Shown piece by piece: positions 39,850 through 51,257 of a stretch of 64,000 nucleotides of DNA. This DNA comes from Blasia pusilla (taxonomy: Eukaryota). A model generated the notes under the pieces. The model searched no databases, had not been told where the DNA came from, and worked only from the letters and a program-made list of their open reading frames with translations. Positions within the stretch are counted from its first letter, which is position 1, and every line of letters starts with the position of its first letter. The stretch spans positions 37,014,001 to 37,078,000 of the forward strand of contig CM114271.1 in NCBI GenBank assembly GCA_050084515.1, in the 5' to 3' direction. A program made the translations under genes and the position numbers.

Positions 39850-42361
39850 CTAGTAATCCAGGGAAAACCCCATCGAGTATAACACTGCTCCACCAACCAA
39901 GACGTCGTAGGACTCTGCATCAGTCACTATCGCCTTGGCTCGCACCACGGACTCATCTGTAGGATGTCTCGGGCGAATCCTCACCACGACCTCCTGTCGG
40001 GTGATGTACTGTGTGGTACTCGCTCCACCCAAGGATGTCTATATCTGGAATGGACAACGCTCCATATCGGCTCTTGTCAAGCCCAATCCTCTGAATGACG
40101 CTTTCCCCAACATCAGGGGTTGCGCTCGTGAATCCAACAAGACGCGCAGCGGACTAAAAGCTCTACCTCCAAGACTCACCAACTGGAAGACCTCTCCTCG
40201 GTTATCCAACAACACAACACCATCTAGACGCTCTATCGCGGGTCTAGCGGGCATCTCCGCCATCCTAGCAGCCGCAGCCTGCCATGAATCTGACGTAGAC
40301 GGCCCGAGCATCCTCTCCAAGGGCAGGTCTATCACCTCTGAACGTGATGTAGGAATTCCAACTCCGTGCACACATAGTGAAGCAGCCAGCCAAAAAGCCT
40401 TGGCGGGCATACCCCCCAACGTCATAACATCGGAAGCAGAAAATAAAGGAGTGCGGTACAAAATGGTGGCTGCCCCCAACAACGTGCTTGATACATGTCC
40501 CTCATGGGCATCAACAATAGGAGTCGTTGCACTCGCTTCTCCCATTGCCCTCCATGTCTGCACACCAACAACATTGCCAACTCTCCATGAACTTTGATGA
40601 GGACCCATCAATGGGGTCCTCATCGCTTCGGACGACGTGAAAGATTGAGGAAGCCTAGTTTGTTTTCTGGCTTACCCTCGCTATGGATCCAACTCTGCAG
40701 CTGCTCCACGCATCACAACGGTGGCGGCCTCCATCTGGGCAACCCCGCACATCCAACCAGGATCCTCCATATCTCTAGTTGCTCCATATGATGTCGATGC
40801 CACGGATCCGGCATCGAGTAACCTCAATATCATAGCGGCAATCTGTTCATGTAGGTGCTGTATCTGAGCAGCCATCCCAGCCTCACATCCGATGTCTCCC
40901 TCGGCGCGTCTAGGTGGTGGTACTCTACCTCCTCCACGGCAACTCCACCACCCAATCGGACAGCTCCAGCTCCTCGTCCCCTAACAGGACCACCTGGTGC
41001 ACGATCTCTAGCCCACCCGGACCGGCTACTCGCTTTGGTGCCCTCTCTGGCCCTCGGTCCGGACGTAACTCAGGATGTAAACCGAAACACCTTGCACGTG
41101 TATGACCATACTTCTCACAATAGTCACACTGATAACCTCCTGGTGCAGCACCATCTCCTCCTCCATGCTAAGGCACACGTCCGTGACCCTGACGAGTGCA
41201 ATCGCGCTGATGATGGACTCCACCATATGACCAACAAGTAATAGTAGGGGGCTGCTGTTGAGCCGCATATGAAGGCGCAAGTCTCTGTGGCACGGCCTCC
41301 CAGTATTCCCCCTAAGCTCGTGGTGCCACAGTCGACCTATCCCGGAGTCCACGTTCTTTGCCGCGTGTGGTGCGACCAATCGTCGGATCGCTCTCTTGAG
41401 AACCCATGGTGGCTACGCTCTCCTCCGCCATGTTGCGCTCAATGTTCTCGGCGCTCCTAAAAACATCTCTCAATGTAGGGGAGGTGTTCATAAGAAGCAG
41501 CCCCTCCCGCACCCGTGTCCGCAGGGTCCGGTCCAACATCGCGTACCATGACTGGATAGCCTGAGCCTCTGTCACCCCCTGAGTGACGTTGATCAACCAA
41601 CACAAGCGAGTGTTAGCCTCATGCAAACTCTCACAAGGGCGCCTCTGGAAGTCGTGGATGCTCCGCAACTTCTCCGTTTGTACCCCATGGTAGCTCGCCC
41701 TCAACTCAGCAAAGAACTCAACCACAGGGTTGAACCTGGGACCAACCCGACTAGACAGTACAAGTGCTCAAGTGCAAGTGACCCCTCCTAAAATGTCACT
41801 AGTAGAAGAGGAAGTAGCCTCTCATGACTCCTCCTCCTCATCTGGGAATATCTCCGTCCATGACACATAATGTGGGTCATAGTAGAGCCTCCACGCCTCG
41901 ATCTCACGTGCATATCTCTGAGAGAACTCATGGTAATCGTCTATGGGTGCCTCCTCTAAATGCTGGAACATACCGTTCCATGCTATAAATGGGTTGAACT
42001 CTCTAGAGTTCCTTGCCCGTTGGGAGTCGCACCAACTCCTAAACTCTACTATGAAATCGTGCAACTCAATCATACCTACTGCACCTGAAAACCTGCGCGG
42101 TCCTCTACCCCGGTCGTCCATCTCGTACACCCAACTGGTAGGACCACTCACAATGTGTGGCGATATGCTCACAAACTCCTCTACACCCTCCCCCTTGTCT
42201 GATGATGACACAGAAGGAGGTCGAGGTGGTCCCTCACGTGGAGACCCTCGGAACCTCGCGCCACTCCGCGTAAAACCTCTAGAGCTACTCTTAGGTTCAT
42301 CACCTCGCCTCTCAAAGTGCTGAACAGAAGCTGTGATGACACTCGTGCCCCTCTCACCCAA
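39850..42361 (-). pseudogene. Gag (with zinc knuckles) and aspartic protease of the full-length element
   Basis: Gag-like ORFs 41822-42361 and 41312-41725. Knuckle region ~41085-41275. Protease VLLDS(R/G)AQ and YDVLVG. Confidence 0.85.
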
Positions 42362-43594
42362 TCACTCTCGCCTTGCGAGTAATCCCTCAATCACTCATCC
42401 CAAACATGCGGCACTCGATCTACACTCTTCCTCCCCGAGACGTGTAACGTGCTGCAACAAGCGGCGTGGTGCGGAAAATCGACCAGGCTATCATCTCATT
42501 GACAACCTACCCTCAACTCCGGACATCCCTAAACCACATACATAAATGATGTCTATGTCCCCTAAACCACATACATCACAACATAGCTGAACAAATGTCA
42601 ATGAAATCAAAACTCAAACACCATAACAATCAGGAGGTCATCGCGCCAAAATCACGGTGTGATTCAGCGGAACGGTTCATGACAAAAGCTGCGATGGGAC
42701 GGTGGCTCCTCAATCAAAACAAAGCATGTGGTGGCGGCGCCAAGTCGGCGTGGCAAGAATCAACACGCGTCGTGGAAGACCCTCCACTCAACATAGCGGA
42801 AATCAAAATGGCACCAAAGGATGGACAACGCGACGACGCGGTGGCGGCCAAAACAAAGCATGTGGTTGTCGAGAATGATGGCAAGCAAAGGATGGACAAC
42901 GCACGATGAACCGTTGACGGTGACGGTTGACCGTTGATGGTGACGGCCGACCGGTGACGGTGACAGTTGACCATTGATGGTGATGGTTGACCATCGATGG
43001 TGGACCATTGACGGTGAATATGACGGCGATGGCTGCCGCCGGCGTGGTGGCTGGTTTAGGGTTTGAACAATTTAACCATAAAAATCTCCTAGCAATGGCA
43101 GTTTTGCAAGATTGACCATAACTTTTTGCTCGCAACTCCAAATTGCGCACTGCTTTTTGTATAGCGTGCACAGCTTCACGATCTACGACAATGTCAAAAA
43201 ATATTTAGAATTGAACATTTCAGTAAAAATTGACAGGGACTGTCGTAAATCCCAATGTCTCTTTCTCTTACACAAAATTTGGCATCGCTTCCGCGCTGAT
43301 TTCTCCCAACGAAAATGTAAAACCTATAAAAATACAAATCAGCAAGCTACATGGTGCTCCTGAGAGCATTGGCATGGGGCAACCCGCCCCCATAATCAAT
43401 CTCTATCAGAAACTGGGCAGCGCTTCCCTGCGCCACTCTTCCACACGAAAAATCGGCAAATGCAAAAAACAATCAAAGCAGCCCTTGCTCCGGTGAGCAC
43501 TCCCATGAGACGCTGAACGGGGAACACGGTCCCCAACCTGCAAAAATAGTGAGTGACCAGCGAGCTCCCCCATGAAGCTCTATCACTCTCTCTT

Positions 43595-44112
43595 TGTAAA
43601 GTAAGATCCAATCTCTCTCACAACACCATAGTTCTCACATGTGTGCACTCTCACATGTCTCTCTCAATGTCAAACCAAATCCACTCTCCTAATCAGAGGC
43701 TTGGGTTACACACACAAGGCAAGCAAGACCATAGCTCTGCCGCCTCATGCTAAGAGGTTCAACAAAGAGAGAATGAGCTCTCAAGCTCTCTCTCTTGGAG
43801 GTATACCCCCTTCCCTCTCCCAAGCCCTCTCAACGGTAACCTATGCTCGCAGGTCACCTCCTTGGCTCTTGACCTGTTGTAACGGGTCAAGGGCCACTTC
43901 CCAAGTGGAAAGTCAACTATTCCCAATATGGAAAGTTACCCGAAATAGTAAGTTTCTCTATATGGCTTCAAATGAGCCGAAACGAAGGGGAAACCTGCTC
44001 TCTCAGGTTTCGCAGGGCCTCAACATGTCATCCTCGACCTCCTAGGCCTGTCCTCCACTACTCGTGCAGACGCTTTGCTAGATCCCACCGATCTATCCTG
44101 ATAGTCGTGACA
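43595..44112 (-). repeat. 5' X repeat (LTR-like, 518 bp, TG...CA)
   Basis: Matches 33215-33731. On the - strand it is followed by AAGAGAGAGTG rather than a TGG-type PBS. Confidence 0.93.
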
Positions 44113-44638
44113 ATTTTGTGCATCTCTAGTTTGGACTCTTCTTTTCTATATCCACCTTGTTTGTATCATCAATCTTTAATCCCTCATTTTATCTACTATT
44201 GTCATCCATCCTTGACTCAAGTGCACCCCTTTGTCTTTTGATATGTTTCTAGTTCCATTAACATAGTATAGCCATATGTCCATCCTTTTATCGGGCTATC
44301 ATTGCATCATTTCTTTTGTCTATCTGTCCATCATATTTGTGAATTTTTTTCAAAATGTTCTGCTAGATCCCACCGATCTATCCTAACAATCGTGACAATT
44401 TTGTGCATCTCTAGTTTGGACTCTTCTTTTCTATATCCACCTTGTTTGTATCATCAATATTTAATCCCTCATTTTATCTACTATTGTCATCCATCCTTGA
44501 CTCAAGTGCACCCCTTTGTCTTTTGATATGTTTCTAGTTCCATTAACATAGTATAGCCATATGTCCATCCTTTTATTGGGCTATCATTGCATCATTTCTT
44601 TTGTCTATCTATCCATCATATTTGTGAATTTTTTTCAA
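44076..44638. repeat. Tandem duplication, ~285-bp unit spanning the element terminus and flank
   Basis: TGCTAGATCCCACCGATCTATCC...GAATTTTTTTCAA starts at both 44076 and 44361. Confidence 0.92.
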
Positions 44639-47319
44639 TATGTTTTCTATGATCCCATCATGTTTTCATTTTTTTCCCAAGAGCAATCTAAATCAAATCA
44701 CAACTCAATCCACCTTCATTTCAAATACAAGAATGGAATCAATAGTGGATCTAGTTAATATTGTTGCAACCTAATGATAATAACATGTCATTATTAGGGA
44801 GTTCATAGTGGGTAATGTTACTAATGTGAGTTAATGTTACTAAGCATTAATGATATGAGATTATGTGCTTATCTCCCATTGTGGTTTGAATCAAATTTAA
44901 GGAGATACTTGAATGGGAACCATTTGATAGTCATTATTGATCAAGCTTACAAGAAAGCTTAGCATGTGAACTCTACCATGTTAGGAGCAAGAATATCAAG
45001 TGGTTTACATACAAGCTCAAGAGCATTGGAAAATCGATCTATTTTATCAAGTGAGTTGGATAGAGTTTATTGGCCACAAAATGTTCAATGGGTTCATGAG
45101 CACACCTTTTTTTGTTTGAGAAGGTTATCTTTTGGTGTTTTGTGTCTAATGAAAGTGGTGTGGAGTGGGCATCTTAGGGCTACCTTCCGTGGGCAAATTG
45201 GGATTTTCGTGTCCATGTGACAAACCCGAAATTAGAGTCCATACATAGAACGGAAAATGGATACTACTACTGAGATTAGTATAAAATCTGACAACATTAC
45301 TCTGCAATAGAAATTTTTGGGGTTAACAGAATTAACTTTCTACTTAGAAATCCTCATGACCCCCATAATTGAGGACACTATGCTTTCAGGGTGCCATAGG
45401 CATCATAAGCAAGGCTAGAATGAAGGAGTTTATGATTTGTTGGAACGAGGTATTGACGAGACTCTAACAAAAGCATGTGATAAATAGTTAAACAGTAGGG
45501 GCTACGACTACTAACTTCAAATTGATGAAGATTCCTAAGGTGTTTTGAATTGAGGAGCAATTTTAGACCCCATTAAATTCACACTTGATTTTGGAGGTGG
45601 TCACCTCTTTAGAGTAGAATGCCTGTAGTATGATAAACAAGACAATCAATTTGCAATAAGATTCTTTAACAATCTTATAGGTGGTTAACAAAGGTATCAA
45701 GTGGTTATACCAATATTTGATGTTATATTGGCTTGACCTAGAGAGTTATTAGGAAGTGACGGTTCCTTTGGAGGGTGTGCATATAGGGGATGGTCCTCAA
45801 GAGAAACATGTAATGGGATGGATGTCTCTCCCACCACCATATTTGGGATATCCCGTTTTGGAATGGGCCCGAAGTCTCTAATGGCAACCTACGATGTTGT
45901 GTAAATGGATTAAAACATGAGCAACAAACTTGGAGTGAGATTTGTTTTATTTAGGAATCATACAATCTCCTTGCTCGTGGATTAAGGGTATTTTTATCCC
46001 TTAGACAACACCTTCTAGTCACAATATACAAGTCAAGTGTGAGTATTTCATCTATTTGGTGGGATGACACTTACCTTATGCTGTTGGAGGCCAATGTTCA
46101 TACTGGACAAAGGTGGGAATACAAGATTAATTTTTTTACATTTTGTATATTCTTATATTCTCAAATGGGATGTTTCTTTGAATCTCCTAAAACTTTCCTA
46201 CAATTTTCTTTGCTCCAAACATGATGTGTGGATTTTGATGTGGATGGTGTCTTTGCTCTTAAATTGTGAATTCATGCCACTCAAAAACCAACCAATCATG
46301 AGTAGTTTCCATCAACACACCAAATGCTAATTTTCCATCCCCATCGTGCATGGAAGCCCATAAAAGAAAGGAAGAAAGTGGACTAAAGAATACCAACACC
46401 AAAAATTACCATAACCGTACACAAAAGTTCTATAATTGAGACTTTATGAAGTACATAGAGCAATCTTGTGGCAGTTTCTAATTACAGCCTTGCAAGGTGT
46501 CACTTTTTTCCTGGCCATCTAGAATATCCACGCGCCCTCTACATGTATGTATTCATCACTTTCTTCCCCCCTACCAATCTCAAAGGAAAGGGCCGCACAT
46601 TGGTTAGACTATACTACAAAAATCCCTTGAATTTCACATCCCCAAGTAGCCCCTTATATGCAGACCCAGGCCTGGCCAACACTCCATACCAACAATGTGA
46701 AGCCAAGTAGTTTTTTTGTCAACCATCTATGCTAATTATAGGAGGGGAATGGTTTCTTGATTTGTCAACTCCTTGGATTGTCGAACATTTATCCTTATCC
46801 TAGGATAGTCAAGCATTTTTCTAACAAGTCTCAAGTGGAGCAAATAAAAGTTGGCTCGATGCAAAGCATAGAGTCCCATCATTACTAGTCATAGCTGGAA
46901 GCAAATAGAATTGAATTCCTTTAAGTTCCAAGTCAATGGAATTTACTCATCATAATTTTCTGCACCTACATTGGAGCAGTGAGTGAGATACAAAGCTCAA
47001 GCTTCTAAAGAAAAGAGAAGCCCATCCCTTCACAACGCCTCAATTCTGTTCGTCTGTCTTGTCTGTCTGTCTACTCCAAGAAATGAAAGTCATGGATCCT
47101 CTACTGGTTAAGTACACTCACCAGCAGCCTCATTCATTCTAGTCATGACACTCGAGTTTCCATTCAGATCTTGTGGTCGAGAACCTCGTTGCTTCCTGAT
47201 TGTGCTTAACGAAGATGCATAGAACTGGGCAAGCATCAGACTCTTGAGACAAAACAGTTTCATGAGATTGGTGAGATCTGGATGATTGTGCTCAGTAATG
47301 GTGAGCAATCTCCAACAGT

Positions 47320-49756
47320 CTATTTGATGTCAGAGCAGGCTCTTGGTCCAGGGGGTTCTCGCAGGCATTCTCCTATAGCCACCACAGCTGCCTCTATGGA
47401 TGCATCTTCACCCTGCGCAGCATGAGGAGATTGGAAGCAGTGAGTACATGGTAGGATCTTAACTGGGAGAGAGAAACCAAAATGTGGGCTTGTAATTTTG
47501 ATGTGTTGTTGCTTGATGTGAGATTAAGTAGGAGAAAACAAGCGAATGCTAAGCTGTGTAAACTCCAGCTGCATATGTTCGATGCGTTAGGGATCTGCTT
47601 GGAAAAAAACGAGAGCTGGAAGTATAGATCACCCAGCTGATTTCGCTGTTTTGCTTTGCTTCTAACAGGGGACTGCTCTACACCTTGAGCTTGGAGATGC
47701 TTTCTATGTTTGGTGACTAGTTGAAGGGATGCCGAGGAAGAATTGTTTTTTCAAAAGGATGAGGTCGAGAAACCTTTGGGCAGTTACCTTTTCGCGCCAG
47801 AAGAAAATGTTGCCGTACTTCCCAGCTAGCCTTGACCAGAAGCTCCTTGGAACATTCAGGTCTACCGAAGCTCCGACATTGAAGTTCAATATGTTGCCTG
47901 GAGAGACCCAACACAGCACTTCCAAACTTCAAGACCTTTCAGACGTCAATCTCTACGGCCGATAGACCTGCTCGAAGATGAGGAATTTCTAAAATCACAC
48001 CAGACCAGTGTCCTATGCTGTTTCGACTCACCGCCCAACATCTCAGTTTTCACAGGATCACCAATCGTTAGAGAAAAGGAGGTTAGATCATACCCATGTT
48101 GGGGTCAGCAACGAACACGATCGTGTTGTCATCTACTTGCCAGAAGTTCTTGACGGCCAATCCTGTGCCAAAAGAGAGGGAGATTGTGAACAAGACAACC
48201 ACAGCTCATGACAGCCCAGAAGGTAACAGGGCTGAATACTGGTAGTATCTCACCGAGCTACTACTAGTATCCATGAGGAAGCGAAGCAGTTGACAACAGT
48301 TCATCACTTGCTACAAAATACATTTGAGCTTTCGATCAGGCACATGTTTGAGAAAGCACTAACCAGGCGTTTCAGGGTAGTTCTGAGCAAGCACACGCAG
48401 CTTGTATCCAGTTTCATCTTCAATACTAGTCACCTTCTTGATGATACGCCCCTCCTGAAACCATGAAGAAGTTTGACAACCGTCTCCCATACTCATTCTC
48501 GACAGGCTTCATGCATTTTGAGGAGTGACAAATCAGATATGAGTGCATCACGATAAAACTGGAGCCTATTCCCTGATGAATGATTATAACACACCCAAGG
48601 CTGTAGGACCAAGAGAAATGAAGTGAAATCGATGATGCAAAGGCTAGCTCTCACCTGGGCTGGAGATAAGAAGCCGGCTACATCTATGACAGGAGTGAAG
48701 TCTTTGGGAAGTAAATCTGGCCTATTGACTCCTTCAGGTCTTGCTACAGCCATGTCTCCTCCTGCATATATGCAAACGCAGAGAATGTGAGTAAGAAAGC
48801 CGAATTTAAAGATCAGGGCACCGTTCGGAAGACGTGAAGTGGACTCACCAAATTCCACAGATGTTACTGATTCCATTATGCTTTCTCTCGAAACATTCCA
48901 TTATGTTTTCTCTCTCGTGCTCAAGTGCTCTTCTTACTTGGCTCTTTCGGAATCATGACTTAATCGGACGTTAGACCTGGAGGATCATGCGCTCATTGGT
49001 TGAAAAGCTGTTGCTCCTTTCTCTCATGTGTCGAATGCTTAGAACCTCCGAGAATTAGAAGACAGTTCTTCTGGTCACCAATCCGTTCGCTAAGCTTATG
49101 GAGCGTTTAGGGTCCTTCATAAGACACATGGAAGGAAAGTGTTTCCACTACTTGAGATCGCCGACATCAATAGCTTTCACCCGATTCCCAGCGACAGTGT
49201 TCCTCATTAAATCCTATGCTTGAGAAGTCGAATAACTAAATGTAGACATCCACGGAAACCAACGAGAGAAGAGGAAGCATGAATACATGAGGGTGACTTG
49301 CCAGGCCATGCACACTGAGCCCGAGGAGTAGTGGTGACAGAAGTGGAGTTTTGGTGACAGAAGTGGAGCTTTAGTGGCAGACAGAGCTCCGGTAATTTAA
49401 CACCCTCAATCTCATTTCAGCTGTAAGCGAGAATATCTCAAGAAGCAAATGTCAGGCCAAACCTCGAGACACACGGTCAAACATGGGCACTCACCACACA
49501 GGGAAATTGAGAGACTGAGAGCTGTGGCGACAGCCGTGTTCAGAATCGAGCTGCTAAGACTGCCTTGGGTTGAATCAGGTCGTGTCCCATCACTTTCTCG
49601 GAATTGTTGAGACGTAGCCGTCACCAATTTGACGTGAGATCTTCCGACTTGTGTCTGTCTCGTCGCGAATTTGGATGTGCCCCTCTCAAAAGCCGTGGAT
49701 GCGCAGTCTTTCACAAGGCAACTGGTGGCTGAAGTGGAGGTCAAGAGGAATGCCAT
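47320..49756 (-). CDS. Chloroplast TPM-domain protein, thylakoid lumenal 15.0 kDa protein 2-like. Exons: 49756-49495, 48761-48655, 48454-48364, 48162-48094, 47897-47788, 47412-47320
   Basis: The spliced product has an S/T-rich transit peptide, then [77 protein letters not shown] and GEDASIEAAV. All introns are GT-AG with consistent phases. Family assignment is by recognition. Confidence 0.92.
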
Positions 49757-50545
49757 TTTATTTGCTATCCTGTGACACCCCCAAGATAGTGCACGCAATC
49801 AATCAGTAGTTGAACTGAGGAATCAGAACCTGTGAGTCAGACGACTGCAAACATCTATTCCGACAGCTATCGGCCCTCCTTCCTGCTTCCAGTATCAGTC
49901 CAGGATGCAAGCAAAAGCCAAAGTCGGCGCGTATTCTTTGAGACGATCTTCTCCATGTTCTTTACCAGCACCTTGACTTAGAGGTTATGACACTGCTTTC
50001 ATGAGTGACTCAAGACCGCAAAAGAATCGGCAACTTACAACGAAAACCGATAGCGTGATTGTGCAGTGCCCACTGCCACAGTGCAGTGCGAGTGCTGTCC
50101 CTTGAGCACTAATTTGAGCTGAGCTGGTTATGTATGGAGCTATGGACGCGTATCAGTCCAAACGCCATTCCTTGGCTGGTGAATCCCGAAGATGATGGGA
50201 ATCGATGGCGGAATCTTGGAGGAGAAGCAAAAAGCCTCAAACCCATGTTTATTACTCCATGGCCAGCTTCCCTGTGTGGGCTGTCGTGCTACCCTCTCAG
50301 GATTCCTTGCACCTGTGGGGTGCGGATCTAAATACGTAGTTTGGGATCACGTGTGCCTCTGCTCACCACTGCAATCTCCTTCCCTCCCCATCCTCGTCTC
50401 CTCTTCAGCAGGAGCCCACACACGACAGTAACTACAGATTGCCGTTTAGGGTAGAAAGTTTGACCCTGTAAACGACTGAGGGGGCCCACTGGGTCTGTGT
50501 GGAGGAGCTCAGCTTCATGACAATTGTCACCAGTCTATGAAGTTG

Positions 50546-50599
50546 CTGCAGCAACAGCAGGAGCAGCAGCAACAACAACAACAACAGAAGAACAGCAGC
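50546..50599 (+). repeat. CAG/CAA microsatellite between the divergent genes
   Basis: CTGCAGCAACAGCAGGAGCAGCAGCAACAACAACAACAACAG. Confidence 0.85.
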
Positions 50600-51257
50600 G
50601 TAGAGGGATTCTTGTTTTGGTGGCTAAGCTTGAGCCTCGTCTTCACTGCAGGAAATGCTTTGCCACGGAGACCGCCCACGTCACTTCATTCTCGAATTGC
50701 TCGCAATGGATTACACTTGAAGGCAGTGCGAGGAAGGAAAGGCACTTTAGCAGCTTGCAGATCGGAATTGGTCTCTGCTGCAATGCCTGGTTTGGTCACT
50801 GCGCTTCTGTTTGCCTGGGAAGCGCGAGGCGTGAATATGCGAGCATGAATGGAAAGAAAAGGGAGACGACTTAGAAATGCGATGGGGATTGAATTCTCTG
50901 ATCATTGCGTGGAGATGCTATTGAGGTTTTCCTCCTTTGGCTGAAGTAACGATTAATGACGTGCGGATCACGCATGAGGATGGAGGATTTGTATACTTTC
51001 CCTACAGGTTGCAGAGATGTATGCCCGGGCAATCCTAAAGCTTGACATCTGGAGAAGGAATTAATAAGCAAGCTCACACGTCGTGGAAAATTGGGTTCCC
51101 CAAGTGTGTGTAGTGTCGAGGTTGATGTAAAAGGCTGTGATGGTGCCACGAAGGCTCCAAAATCGCAACTTGTGCAGGGGCTTTCTGGACCTACGAGCGG
51201 TGCAATTCAGGCTTTTCATGTGATTGCGCTTCTAATCATCGGCTGAAAGTTGGAACG

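Larger units (their letters stand above)
33105..44112 (-). mobile_element. Full-length, pseudogenised family-1 Gypsy-like retrotransposon encoding Gag-PR-C5 MTase-RT-RH-IN-PHD with split direct repeats
   Basis: The ends read TGTCAC.../...GCACAACA on the - strand. A 4-bp TSD ATTT lies at 33101-33104 and 44113-44116. All domains are present in order, with many stops and frameshifts. Confidence 0.93.

Noticed and set aside
39935-40597. Long antisense ORFs over gag/protease
   Set aside because: These are shadows of GC-rich coding sequence on the opposite strand and are not conserved in length between copies.
33105-44112. DIRS/PAT/Ngaro tyrosine-recombinase element
   Set aside because: It has split repeats, but a DDE integrase, TG..CA ends and 4-bp TSDs are present and I saw no YR motifs. 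The MTase is C5-type (PC, ENV), not the adenine-type domain of DIRS.
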